Below, piece after piece: positions 38,653 through 48,990 of a stretch of 64,000 bases of DNA (within the stretch, counting starts at the first letter, position 1; each line of letters begins with the position of its first letter). Position numbers and translations under genes: made by a program. The stretch lies in the IMG/VR virus record IMGVR_UViG_3300002026_000101; one strand, written 5' to 3'. The notes below the pieces were generated by a model. The model was not told the DNA's origin, did not search any database, and saw nothing but the letters and a program-made list of their open reading frames with translations. This DNA comes from an uncultured virus (IMG/VR IMGVR_UViG_3300002026_000101) (lineage: Duplodnaviria > Heunggongvirae > Uroviricota > Caudoviricetes).

Positions 38653-41235
38653 ATGAATGAGGACGAGTTAGATTTCATCGGGGGCGGGGCAACGCAGCAA
38701 GAGCTGGTGTTTGTCACGCCTCCGACGGTTAAAGCGACGGGGCTTGACCTCATGGCTGCGTTGAAAGTCATGGGGCATTCGTCTTTCAGGCACGGTCAGG
38801 AGGACATTGTGCGGGCCGTTGTGAAAGATGGCAGTCGGGTGCTTGCGGTTTGCCCGACTTCATTCGGTAAAAGCCTGCTATACCAACTTCCCGCCATTGT
38901 ATGCAATGGACTTGCGATCATCGTCAGTCCTTTGATCTCCCTGATGAAAGATCAGGTTGACAAGCTGAAGGAGTGCGGGGTGTCGGCGGAGCTTATCAAT
39001 TCGTCCTTGACCAAGGTGGAGATGAGGGAGGTCATGGTCAAGCTGGCGATGAACAGGGTAAAGATCGCTTATGTTGCGCCCGAGCGGTTCTCGAACGACG
39101 AGTTTGTGAACGTGATGAAAAGGACAAATGTAGGGCTTTTTGCAATAGATGAATGTCACTGTATATCCAAATACGGCAATGACTTCAGACCTGCTTACAA
39201 GCGGCTAGACGAGGTTATCCGAATGCTAAAGCCTGATCGGGTTGTCGCGTTGACGGCAACAGCGACGCGGGAGGTTCGGAATGATATTCTGGACAGCCTC
39301 AGTATGCCGCAGGCGGAGATGTTCGTTCGGGGCGTGTATCGGCCTAACCTTTGCTTGGCTGCGATGCGTACCCCCAATTCGATGAGGATCAACGCGATGC
39401 TACGGGAGATCAGGAGGCAGCGGGAAGCGGGAAACAACACGGGGATTGTGTATGCCCCGACACGGGATTTGACGGAGAAGCTGGCAAGGGTGTTTAACGG
39501 GATAGCCTATCACGGAGGGATGAAAGATAAGGATCGCACCGAGGCGCAGGACAAGTGGTCATCAGAGGGCGGGTTGGTCGTGGCGACCTGTGCTTTCGGT
39601 ATGGGGATAGATCGGGCTCAACCAGTAACTTCTATGGTGTTGACTCCTGATGGATTTCATTCTATGGGATCAATAAAAGTTGGCGAATATGTTATTGGCG
39701 CAAATGGGAAACCGACAAAAATAATCAAAATACATGAAAGGGGTGTCCTGCCTTCGTATGAGGTAGTTTTTAGTGATGGGTCTAAGACGGAGTGTGCAGA
39801 AGAACATATCTGGAGTGTAAGGTCCGCCAAGGACAAATATCGAGATAAACAATTTAGGCAGATTCGGATGGGAGATATTAAGAAAACGGGTCTTAAAGAC
39901 AAGCATGGTAATAGTCTGTATTTTATCCCAATGACTGAAGCCGTGCAATACTCTGGTGTCGTAAAACTACCAATTCATCCGTATCTTTTAGGCGCACTAA
40001 TTGGGGATGGTTCTTTTGGCAAAGATTGTGTGCGATTTACGAATGCAAATGAAGAAATGGTGAAAATACTCGGCGACTTACTCCCGGATGGATTGTGTTT
40101 TAGAGAAAGAAAAACCTATGATGTGAATAGGAAGTCAAAAGCATATGGAATTGTTAAGGTATCTTCTAAATGTAATGATAGAAGCAACAAAATACTAAAA
40201 GAGATTAGGGACTTGGGATTGTCTGGGTGTACCGCTACTATAAAGTTCATACCAGATATCTACATGAAGGCAAGTATAGAACAAAGAATTGAACTGCTAA
40301 GAGGGCTATTTGACACGGATGGTAGCGCAAGGGGTGGCTGTGTTAATGTGGTTTCGTATGTAACTGTCTCCGATAGATTAAAAGATGGGGTTGTTAACCT
40401 CGTGCAATCTATTGGAGGAGTAGCTACCGCAATTAAGATAGATAGAAAAAAAGAGAACTGGAATGACATTTGGAGAGTGCAGGCAAAATTTCCTTCCAAT
40501 ATCATTCCATTTAAGGTAAAAGAAAAAATTGATGTTTTCTCGCCTCCAAAAAAATATCTCCCCAATAGATCAATTTCTTCTATTGAGTATGTTGGGGACA
40601 AAGAAATGAGATGTATTACGGTTGACAGTGATGATGGCCTGTATCTTACTGACAATTTTATCGTTACTCATAATTGTGACGTTCGGTTCGTGTATCACTG
40701 GGGGTTCAGTCCGAGCGTGGAAGATTGGTATCAGGAGTGCGGGAGAGCGGGCAGGGACGGCAAGGACGCCGATTGCTGTTCGTTCTGGGACTATGGCGAT
40801 TTGAGTATTCAGGAGCTGCTTATCAACAACTCGACCGCCTCCTCGCACGAGGCAGCGGCATTTGCTAAGTGGGTGTACAAGTTCTCGAAAGACAACGCTA
40901 GGGCGAATGCCAAGACGGTACAGTTAAACATGACACAGGCCGACATGGGCGGGCTTGCCTTCGTACAGGGCGTAGGGGCTTGCGTGGCGTTCCTTAGACG
41001 TCACGGGCTGATGGAGACGCTGGGGCGGGGCAAGTATCGCGTGACGCTTGAAGCGGACTGGAATCTTGACTTTTCAGACTTGGACAAGCATCGGGAGCGC
41101 AAGCTGTCGCGGCTGAAGGAGGTGATGGGGTTTTATCAGGATCGGGAGGAGTGTAGGTTCGTGAATGTGTGCGCTTACTTCGGCGACCTGTCGATGAACG
41201 GGGCGTGTGGCAAGTGCGATGTGTGTAGGAGCTAG
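38653..41235 (+). CDS. recQ: RecQ-like helicase containing an intein
   Basis: FRHGQ, PTSFGKSLLYQ, DECHCIS, LTATA, AFGMGID, QECGRAGRDG, C-terminal CGKCDVC. Confidence 0.92.
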   Translation: MNEDELDFIGGGATQQELVFVTPPTVKATGLDLMAALKVMGHSSFRHGQEDIVRAVVKDGSRVLAVCPTSFGKSLLYQLPAIVCNGLAIIVSPLISLMKDQVDKLKECGVSAELINSSLTKVEMREVMVKLAMNRVKIAYVAPERFSNDEFVNVMKRTNVGLFAIDECHCISKYGNDFRPAYKRLDEVIRMLKPDRVVALTATATREVRNDILDSLSMPQAEMFVRGVYRPNLCLAAMRTPNSMRINAMLREIRRQREAGNNTGIVYAPTRDLTEKLARVFNGIAYHGGMKDKDRTEAQDKWSSEGGLVVATCAFGMGIDRAQPVTSMVLTPDGFHSMGSIKVGEYVIGANGKPTKIIKIHERGVLPSYEVVFSDGSKTECAEEHIWSVRSAKDKYRDKQFRQIRMGDIKKTGLKDKHGNSLYFIPMTEAVQYSGVVKLPIHPYLLGALIGDGSFGKDCVRFTNANEEMVKILGDLLPDGLCFRERKTYDVNRKSKAYGIVKVSSKCNDRSNKILKEIRDLGLSGCTATIKFIPDIYMKASIEQRIELLRGLFDTDGSARGGCVNVVSYVTVSDRLKDGVVNLVQSIGGVATAIKIDRKKENWNDIWRVQAKFPSNIIPFKVKEKIDVFSPPKKYLPNRSISSIEYVGDKEMRCITVDSDDGLYLTDNFIVTHNCDVRFVYHWGFSPSVEDWYQECGRAGRDGKDADCCSFWDYGDLSIQELLINNSTASSHEAAAFAKWVYKFSKDNARANAKTVQLNMTQADMGGLAFVQGVGACVAFLRRHGLMETLGRGKYRVTLEADWNLDFSDLDKHRERKLSRLKEVMGFYQDREECRFVNVCAYFGDLSMNGACGKCDVCRS
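39616..40674 (+). mobile_element. class 3 intein with LAGLIDADG endonuclease (353 aa)
   Basis: Starts with Ala (AQPV); EHIW, MRCITV, IVTHN/C give the W-C-T triplet; LGALIGDG and LRGLFDTDG blocks; AT-rich. Confidence 0.9.
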
Positions 41236-41237
41236 TT

Positions 41238-41468
41238 ATGGGAAGCGATAGTGAAAAGATATTGCTAGGGTGTAAGCATTGCGGGCTAACCCCATCGCTG
41301 AAAACCAGAACGGTGGTGTCCTGTGGCGGGTGGTCATACGACGAGATGGGGTGGATCGAGTGCCCGTGCGGGATGAGAACGATAGAGATTGAGTTGACCG
41401 ACAACAAGGTGGACAAGATCAAGTGGCTGATTAACATTTTCAACGGTGTCGATGAATGCTTGGTTTGA
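41238..41468 (+). CDS. Lar-like zinc-finger protein
   Basis: LLGCKHCG...WIECPCG. Confidence 0.45.
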   Translation: MGSDSEKILLGCKHCGLTPSLKTRTVVSCGGWSYDEMGWIECPCGMRTIEIELTDNKVDKIKWLINIFNGVDECLV

Positions 41469-42074
41469 ATGGCGTATGATGTTGGGAAAGGGAGGTGGGC
41501 TATGGATGACGGGAAGATATACATGATGGACGGGGACGGGGACGAGGTGGCAAAGCGGGTGACAAACCTTTGCGGGTGGGTGTCGCGGCACGGTCGCTTT
41601 TTCGGGGATGACGCTGGTGCTGAAAGAACGGCGCGGTGGGACGGGGCGACACACAAGAAGTGCGATACCTGTGATCGGGTGATCGCAAAGTCCTACATCT
41701 ACTGCGATCCCTGTTCTGACAAGCGGGAGAGGGAGCGGTGGGAGAAGCTGCCTCGGGCTAAGTACGATGGCAAGTCGCCTGTCAACATCTACAATGATGA
41801 TCAGTTTTTCAACGACTACGAGGAGTTCCTAGAGTGGTGCGAGGAGGAGGAGGCAAAGCCAGAGGACATTCGGCTGGTGTTATGCCAGAAGGTGTATGCG
41901 GATGCTCGGGATCCTCTTGACCTATATGAGATGCCAGATGAGTGTGACGTGCCTAAAGGGGTGCAGGCTGCATTTGATGCCTTTCTGAAGGAGCTTGAGG
42001 AGTGCAAGGCGAGGGATGAGTTTTTGTACTGGGAGCCGATCAACGTGGTTCCCGTAATCGAGGAGGCAAAGTGA
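41469..42074 (+). CDS. hypothetical phage protein with CxxC pairs
   Basis: 201-aa ORF; CDTC...CDPC. Confidence 0.65.
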   Translation: MAYDVGKGRWAMDDGKIYMMDGDGDEVAKRVTNLCGWVSRHGRFFGDDAGAERTARWDGATHKKCDTCDRVIAKSYIYCDPCSDKRERERWEKLPRAKYDGKSPVNIYNDDQFFNDYEEFLEWCEEEEAKPEDIRLVLCQKVYADARDPLDLYEMPDECDVPKGVQAAFDAFLKELEECKARDEFLYWEPINVVPVIEEAK

Positions 42075-42613
42075 AGGTAAAGATTCTGAAAGAAGAGGGG
42101 TACGGGGAGGCGTTGATCGGGATAGGGCTTAGCTACGGGGTTTCGGATATGGTTAGGCTGAACGATGTGGCACACAATCTTGCGCACAAGGATGGGGGCG
42201 AGAACAAGTTCCTTGAGTCGATGTGTGTCTGGCTGGACATTGACGCTCCCCGATTCTGGTGGCAGCAGTTCGATACCTACCGTGTTGGAATATCGAAGCA
42301 ATCATCAAGCACGATGCACACAATGATGAAGCGGGAGCTTTGTCAGGGGGATTTCGAGGCGGGGATTGATCAGTCTTTCCTTGATGGGTTGAACCAGATG
42401 ATCAGGGACAAGGATTTCGGGAAACTGAAGGGGCATTTGCCAGAGGGGTTCTTGCAGCGGCGGATCGTCTGTACGAACTACAAGCAGATTCGTAATATGT
42501 TCAACCAGCGCAAGAAGCACAAGCTGCGGGAGTGGCAGATGTTCATTGAGGCGTTGGTGTACCTGCAACATCCAGAATACGTCTTCGGGAAGGACTTCAA
42601 TTCATGCCTTTGA
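42071..42613 (+). CDS. divergent ThyX-like protein
   Basis: KFLESM..W.DIDAPRFWWQQFDTYR...SSSTMH; LPEGFLQRR..TNY; canonical RHR motif absent. Confidence 0.55.
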   Translation: MKVKILKEEGYGEALIGIGLSYGVSDMVRLNDVAHNLAHKDGGENKFLESMCVWLDIDAPRFWWQQFDTYRVGISKQSSSTMHTMMKRELCQGDFEAGIDQSFLDGLNQMIRDKDFGKLKGHLPEGFLQRRIVCTNYKQIRNMFNQRKKHKLREWQMFIEALVYLQHPEYVFGKDFNSCL

Positions 42614-43296
42614 AAGTATCTAAAGGGGATATGTACCCGTGGGTCACACACACGCATGTCCACCTTGGTGGACAATGCGTTCACGGGTGTTGCTATTGTT
42701 ATGTGGACAATCCGAGGTTCGGTCGGCATGAAAAGTACACGGGGGACATCAGGCTGGTTGAAAAGGAGTTTCTGGTCAACTACGGGGTTGGCAGGGTGAT
42801 TTTCATAGACAACATGAATGACCTGTTCGCAAAGGCTGTGCCGACGGAGTGGATCGGGCGGGTGCTGGGGCATTGCAACCAGTGGCCTGACAACACGTAT
42901 GTGTTCCAGACGAAGAATCCAGAGAGGTTTCTGGAGTGGGATCCGTTTCCTGTTGCCAATGCGACATTCGGAACAACGATAGAGACGAACAGGTGGGTGC
43001 CAGAGGTCATGGGGCAAAGCCCGAGGCCAGAGGCGCGGGCGGCGGCGATGCAGGTCTTGTCTGCAAAGGCCAAGACGTTCATCACGCTGGAGCCGATCAT
43101 GGACTTCGATGTGGACGAGCTTGCGGATATGGTTGTCGGGGCAAAGCCAGCGTTCGTGAACATCGGGGCTGACTCCAAGCGCAAGGGCCTGCCAGAACCG
43201 ACATGGGGCAAGATCGTTGATCTTGTGGAGCGTCTGCGGGCGGGGGGGGTTGAGATCCGAAAGAAGGTGAACCTTGATCGTTTAATGATTATTTGA
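42604..43296 (+). CDS. DUF5131-family radical-SAM-like protein
   Basis: CVHGCCYCY, MNDLF, FQTKNPER, ITLEPI. Confidence 0.75.
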   Translation: MPLKVSKGDMYPWVTHTHVHLGGQCVHGCCYCYVDNPRFGRHEKYTGDIRLVEKEFLVNYGVGRVIFIDNMNDLFAKAVPTEWIGRVLGHCNQWPDNTYVFQTKNPERFLEWDPFPVANATFGTTIETNRWVPEVMGQSPRPEARAAAMQVLSAKAKTFITLEPIMDFDVDELADMVVGAKPAFVNIGADSKRKGLPEPTWGKIVDLVERLRAGGVEIRKKVNLDRLMII

Positions 43297-43342
43297 TATT
43301 TACATGCCTATGTATGGGTATGGATTTGTCAAAGGAGTTGTT

Positions 43343-43858
43343 ATGAATGATCGGGTTGTTGCTAAGGAGTTGGTTCGGGTGGCTGGTTTGATTCAGTCTG
43401 CGGAGAAGGGGGAAGTCCCAGAGGCGTTCAAGAAGCAGTGGGCTGACAAGGACAAGGACAACGATGGCAAGGAAAGTGAGCCGATGCCAGAGGGGCTGAA
43501 AAAGCACCTCGACAAGAAGGCGTCGAGTCACCGTCTGGCTGGTTCTACGCTTGCTAAAAAGAACTTGGATACCATCGTCGATGGTGGAGAAGAGTATCGG
43601 GATCGGACTCGGAAGATGTATTTGAAATCGACCAAGGGTAAGAAGGCTGGGCGTGCGAGCAAGCGGGCGTCGGTGGGTCATCCAGATTCTGACGACATGA
43701 TGGATGCGTATTCTGATATTATAGACTCCTGTAAAACGCTCGAAAACGCCGCAGAGCAATTAGGAGATTCATCCAGTTTGTTAAAAATATCACAGGCCAA
43801 ACGGTTGATTTCCGACGTGGCAATCAAACTGAAACACAGTTGGAACGATCAGAATTAA
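43343..43858 (+). CDS. hypothetical protein with MND..VAKEL N-terminal motif
   Basis: AAGGAG RBS; follows a motif B variant at 43294. Confidence 0.7.
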   Translation: MNDRVVAKELVRVAGLIQSAEKGEVPEAFKKQWADKDKDNDGKESEPMPEGLKKHLDKKASSHRLAGSTLAKKNLDTIVDGGEEYRDRTRKMYLKSTKGKKAGRASKRASVGHPDSDDMMDAYSDIIDSCKTLENAAEQLGDSSSLLKISQAKRLISDVAIKLKHSWNDQN

Positions 43859-43869
43859 ACATTTCAGCT

Positions 43870-43942
43870 TGCGGGATAGAGCAGTCTGGAAAGCTCGCCG
43901 TGGTTAAACTAGGAGGCCGTTGGTTCAAATCCACTCCCGCAT
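43870..43942 (+). pseudogene. degenerate Met-like tRNA
   Basis: TGCGGGA/TCCCGCA acceptor and GAGC/GCTC D-arm intact, GTTCAAATC present; anticodon arm mispaired and T-stem one base short. Confidence 0.65.
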
Positions 43943-43970
43943 TCGTTTTCGCAGGTAAGGGGTGATCATC

Positions 43971-44396
43971 ATGGGCATACAAGTTTTTGAGCCGACAACG
44001 AATCTGGGAATCCCGAGGGATGAGATGCCACAGATTGATGCTGACGACGTTCAGGCGTTCGTACAGTGGGTTCAAGACTTGGGGGTAGGGGTTGACAAGG
44101 GGTGGTGTCCTGCAAGCAGGCTACGGGCGACACAAAGTGAAATCAACGTCGATAAGGTCAGGACGATGCTAAGCGACCCGAAGATCGGGATAGTGATGCA
44201 GGAGCCGTACCTTGTGTCTAAGGCGGGCTACCTGCTGGACGGGCATCATCGCTGGATGGCCTTGCTGACGCAGGACGAGAATGCTAGGATGCCGATAATC
44301 AGGGTGGGGCTTGGGATCAAGGAATTGCGGAAGACAGCGCGTGGGTATGAAGGGGGAGGCTACAAGGACATTGCGGCAAGCGTGTATGGACGGTAA
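43971..44396 (+). CDS. ParB/Srx-like domain protein
   Basis: LRATQSEINVDKV...YLVSKAGYLLDGHHRW. Confidence 0.7.
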   Translation: MGIQVFEPTTNLGIPRDEMPQIDADDVQAFVQWVQDLGVGVDKGWCPASRLRATQSEINVDKVRTMLSDPKIGIVMQEPYLVSKAGYLLDGHHRWMALLTQDENARMPIIRVGLGIKELRKTARGYEGGGYKDIAASVYGR

Positions 44397-44478
44397 GTAG
44401 GGGCTTGTAAATACGATTGATGGACGGGGCCGCTAGTCACATGGCTGCCCCTTTTCTTTTGGGTGTATAATGCTTTTG

Positions 44479-44507
44479 TAGAAAGTAATCATCGGGTGGT
44501 GATAGGG
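44479..44507 (+). promoter_or_regulatory. motif A promoter
   Basis: TAGAAA-N13-GGTGATAGGG. Confidence 0.7.
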
Positions 44508-44944
44508 ACTTAAAGGGATAGTTATGAATCGGAATATGATAATTGAGGCGGGAGATGAGCTAGAGGTTGTCACGCGGCGGGCAGATGACGGTTGGAATAG
44601 GAAAGGATATTGCGATAATGGCGACGCGGAAACAGGGGGTTCATGCCTGTTGGTGTGAGCAAAAGCGGGGGCTTGCGTGCAACTGCCACCTTGCAAACCG
44701 ATTGATAGATGCGAACGCATCGGTTATAAGGGCTAGCGCGGTAAGCAAAGAGGCGATCAGGAGGAGACTTGACATGGGGTGGACTCGCACCGCGATTTCT
44801 AGGTACTTTCAAATACCTATTAGTCAGGTGTATGATGCCATTGAAAAGCCTAAGCCAGATTCAAAAGCGAAGGCAGTCCTTCCGAGCGGGTTGCGGTATT
44901 TGTGATTTTCATGCGTGGGTGTGTCTAAAAAGGAGGTTGGAGAT

Positions 44945-45262
44945 ATGAACGTGGATATGAATGAGTTGGTAGGGTTGATTCGGCTGTGGGGTGTTGACAA
45001 GGGCTTGACTGGGGCAAATGGCAAAGCGACGGTCGAGGGCCAGTTGGATAAGCTGGACGAGGAGTTTCAGGAACTTGAGGATGGCGTAATGGTGGGGGAT
45101 CGGGCGGAGACGATAGATGCGGTGGGGGACATGACCGTGGTTCTTATCCTTCTGTGTGAACTGCTTGAAATGCGATTCGAGGACTGCGTCCAGTCGGCGT
45201 ATAATGTGATCAAGAATCGGACGGGCAAGATGGTCGCTGGGGTTTTCGTTAAAAATAGTTGA
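44945..45262 (+). CDS. MazG-like nucleotide pyrophosphohydrolase
   Basis: KLDEEFQEL, IDAVGD, AYNVIKNRTGKMVAGVFVK. Confidence 0.8.
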   Translation: MNVDMNELVGLIRLWGVDKGLTGANGKATVEGQLDKLDEEFQELEDGVMVGDRAETIDAVGDMTVVLILLCELLEMRFEDCVQSAYNVIKNRTGKMVAGVFVKNS

Positions 45263-45277
45263 GAGGGGAGTCAAGTC

Positions 45278-45499
45278 ATGGCTGAGGAGTTGCAGGGTAA
45301 GACGCTTGAGATGTGGCAGGTTCGGGTGTTGCGGGAGCGGGACGACTTGACGGACAAAATCCATAAGCTGTCTGAGTTTTTGTCGTCAAGTCAGGTTCAG
45401 GCGGCAAACGGAGATGAAGTTTCCCTGTTGAAGGAGCAGCGGGTGGTGATGCTGGAGTACCAGCGTCTTTTGACGGATCGCATTGATCGTTGGAAATAA
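45278..45499 (+). CDS. small coiled-coil phage protein (crAss001_48-like)
   Basis: WQVRVLRERDDL..KIHKLSEFL...LLKEQ..VM.EY...L..RI. Confidence 0.6.
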   Translation: MAEELQGKTLEMWQVRVLRERDDLTDKIHKLSEFLSSSQVQAANGDEVSLLKEQRVVMLEYQRLLTDRIDRWK

Positions 45500-46601
45500 T
45501 TTATTGGAAGTGGGTGATGATGAGCACAACGGACAATGGCAAGTGGTCGTGGATGATGCAGTACTGCAAGGCGAACGGCTGGGCACCTGCAAATCAGACG
45601 GCGTGGGGGAGCGAGGAGAAAGCGTGGGAGAACAGGCTGGTCTCGGCGGTTGCAAAAGGGTGGCAACGGTAATCGACTGCAAGTGGATACGTCTTGTCGG
45701 ACTGAAATCCACTGGGGTCACTGAACGCAGGCAGGGGGAGACGAAAGACGGGAATGGCATCCTTGGCATTGTCAAGTGGTATCCTCGCTGGCGTCGGTAC
45801 TGCTTCTTCCCCGAGCGGGATGCGGGTTTTGAACAGGATTGCCTGCGGGATATTGCCCAGTTCTGTGAAACGAAAACGAAAGAGCGCAAGGCGATTCGGG
45901 AGCAGGCTGACAAGTAATCAGAGAGTAGGTCACGATGGGTGCTGTGGAGCAGGCTTTGGCCGATTCGTTGAATCAGGCCGTGAGGCAAATAGAGCAGGAC
46001 AACAAGGTGTATCTTGCAAAGTCCTTGATGTCTGACGAGGAGTTGGGGAAAGACATGGCGGCGGGCGGTCTTCCCGATTATGAAAATGAAGCGGGGGTAA
46101 GTCGGTATCGCGCCTTGTGTAGCGGGCGGTATATCCAAGGGTCAACGGATGCCAGTATGGTCAGGAAGCTGATGTGGAAGGTAAGGGGGTATCAAGGTGG
46201 GTGAAAAGAGCCGTGGGAACTTCTCGGTCGGGTGGTGTAGCGAAACCGCATGCTTGAACAGGAATCGGAAATGCGACAAGTGCATCCGCAAGGACAAGCT
46301 GGTGTCTGACGTAAAGCGGTGTCGATTGTGTCGTAAGCCTATCGGCAACGGTGATTGCGTCTGGATGGGTAAAGATGGGTTGACGTGTCGCAACTGCGGG
46401 CAGGACAACTTAGATAGTCTTGGTACGAGTGTTCGGGTGATGGGGTGGTGATCGGAGGTGGGGTGTGAGGCAGTATGAGTTGACCAATGGGTTTCGGTTT
46501 GTGATCGTGGTGGTATCGGGATTTATCCTGACAACGGGCGGGGCGGAGGCGGTGTATCCGTCGAGCTACCCCGTGGTGCGGTACAGGTTCAAGGAATAGG
46601 G

Positions 46602-46629
46602 TAGAAAAGCTGGCTTGGCTGGTGATAGG
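46602..46629 (+). promoter_or_regulatory. motif A promoter
   Basis: TAGAAA-N13-GGTGATAGG. Confidence 0.7.
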
Positions 46630-47089
46630 CAGGCAAAGGAGGTGGACATGAAGAATCCAAAGTACGGCGGGTCAAAGAGAATAAAACCATTGCTTCCACG
46701 GAATCCTATCGGGGTCCGTAAAAAGCAGAAGAACGGGCCTACGAAGCGTACGACCTAGGGGAGGATGACTATGGCTGGTTTTATTTGTGGGACGAATGTC
46801 CACGAGTACGACGGGTGGGTGTTTGAGGTACATTCATACTGCGGGCCTTGGCCTTTGAAGCGGGATGGTGGTTTGAGGGCTCGGGCGGGGCGGAAGTTCT
46901 ATGATATGTGGGATCGGTTCAAGAAGGAACCGAACAAGGATAAGTTCATCTGTCAGCAGGGTGGTTGCAGGCAGATCGGGCAGGAGCGTGGAAATGTCGC
47001 TTAGAGTGTTTGATATACCGTGTGAATGGGAGTTGAAAACCGTCGAAAAGATTTCTGCTCATACCTTGAAATAAGCGGAGTCGATAGCG

Positions 47090-47461
47090 ATGGGGCTTGA
47101 GAAGCAACGATGGAATGTTCTGGACTATCAGGGGGAGCCAGGGATCGGGGTGATCGACTATCCTCGATTCATGGAAATGTACCCGCAGACGAAGCCTGTC
47201 GACCCGATGCAGGGCTGGACAAAGCAGTCCGGTTGTGGTGCGTGCGCTCGGTGGTCTAAATACTGTGGTGTGTCTGTCCTCGTCGTGAATCTGGTCGAGG
47301 CTCCGATTGACGTTGGTATGCAGTTTCCGACTTACCCGTGGTCTTTCCGCAAACACTGGTTAAAAAGCGGAGTCTGTTCGATGGCGGAGGTTTCATCCCG
47401 CCCGGAGGCGCGAGACGAGATTCTTGCGGAGTTCAAAGCGGCAACGGGGCTAGATGCGTGA
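47090..47461 (+). CDS. hypothetical protein
   Basis: 123-aa ORF. Confidence 0.55.
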   Translation: MGLEKQRWNVLDYQGEPGIGVIDYPRFMEMYPQTKPVDPMQGWTKQSGCGACARWSKYCGVSVLVVNLVEAPIDVGMQFPTYPWSFRKHWLKSGVCSMAEVSSRPEARDEILAEFKAATGLDA

Positions 47462-47468
47462 TAGGAGG

Positions 47469-47519
47469 TAGAAAATGGTGGTCGGTCGGTGATAGGGGGG
47501 CGTAAGCGATAAGGCTTAC
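47469..47519 (+). promoter_or_regulatory. motif A promoter plus leader hairpin
   Basis: TAGAAA-N13-GGTGATAGGG; GTAAGC-GATAAG-GCTTAC. Confidence 0.75.
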
Positions 47520-47777
47520 AGAAATGGGGTTGATCATGGGTAGGAGGTTCACGGTTAAGTTGACCGAGAGGGGGCTGGCATCGAAAATTGCTGATCTGGT
47601 GGTCAAGCGGTGTATCTTGGGGTTTGCAAGGCACAAGCCGATTACATCAAGCTGTCCGAGTCAGGGGCTGGTTTTAACTATGGAAGCCTTTTTTGAGCTT
47701 CCTTCTGAGCTTCGTGAACGGGTAAATGCTTGGCGTATGAAGAAGACGAAAGAGGCGTTGGCGGAAGCGGGGATAGC

Positions 47778-48179
47778 ATGACTGTGTACTTATCTGGGCC
47801 GATGCTTGGTCAGGGGTATTACGGATACATGTCGTTCTGGCAGGTCAGCAAGTTCATACGGGAAGCATTGCCAGACTGTGTGATCTTGAACCCCCATGAA
47901 ATGAACACGGGGGTCGCGCTTGATGCTGAAACACTGGCACCGTTTTCAGATTGGGGTGGGTATCCAAGCTGGTTCGACCAAAAGGGCCTCCTGGAACTGA
48001 AAGACAAGGCGTTGCGGGAATGTGACATGGTTGTCATGTTGCCGTACTGGGAGGACGGGAAGGATTCGATGGTGGAGAGGGCACGGGCTGACCAGCTTGG
48101 AAAGACGGTAAGGTATGCGATTCTGGACGCAGAGCGTGTCTGGGGGTTGTGCGAAACGGCCAAGTGGTGTGGCGTATAA
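47778..48179 (+). CDS. DUF4406-like nucleoside deoxyribosyltransferase-fold protein
   Basis: VYLSGPM, LNPHE, LRECD.VVMLPYWE..K.S..E. Confidence 0.7.
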   Translation: MTVYLSGPMLGQGYYGYMSFWQVSKFIREALPDCVILNPHEMNTGVALDAETLAPFSDWGGYPSWFDQKGLLELKDKALRECDMVVMLPYWEDGKDSMVERARADQLGKTVRYAILDAERVWGLCETAKWCGV

Positions 48180-48990
48180 TGGGGTAAGGTAAAACAAGGG
48201 AAACGGAGACGTAGGGATGATTGCATACGTGGTGGGGCCGAGGAGAGGAGTAGCAAAGAAAACGCACAAATAGTTTTATTTACGCTGCTCCGTGTCGTCG
48301 GTCAGGTGGTGCGGGGGGGGGGNNNNNNNNNNNNNNNNNNNNNNNNNNNNNNNNNNNNNNNNNGGGCAGAGCCTGATATTGATTGTCAGGGGGCATAAGC
48401 CGTCCCGTATCTATCTGAATGGGCTTCGCGACAGGGTCGGGGCGTGGTATAAGTGTTCTAGTCCAAAGTCTGTTTAATTGTGTTTAATTAAATGCTGGCG
48501 TATAAACGATTGCAGGGCTGGTGATAGTTAATTGCTGGAGGTCTATATGAATGACTTTGTTTTTGCGCTTCTGTTTGCGGTCGGCTTGTTTGCTTCGATA
48601 ATTATTATCGAGTTCCTGTTTTCTGGTTTCGCAAAGGTGTTCGGATTCCTGTGGGGCAGGCCAGACGATCCAGTTGAAAAGAAATAGATGTGCCCCTGAT
48701 CCACCCCCGCATTTAGACAACAAAATGAGTGGCAAAGTCGGCTGAGTGGCCGATGGTGGGTCAGGGGTTTTAATTAAATGGGGTGATCGGTATGATTGCG
48801 ATTGTGAACGTAGGACTGTTCGACGATGACCATGCTGGGGTCAGGGACTATGAGGTCAGGATCAACAGTGAGGTCAAGTGCAGGTTCAAGCACAAACGTA
48901 GCGACGGGCTTGAGGTGTGTTTGCGCAAGGCGGCGGATGCTGTGCGTGATGCGCAGTGGCGGGAGGTGGCGAATAATCTGGAGTGGGTAA

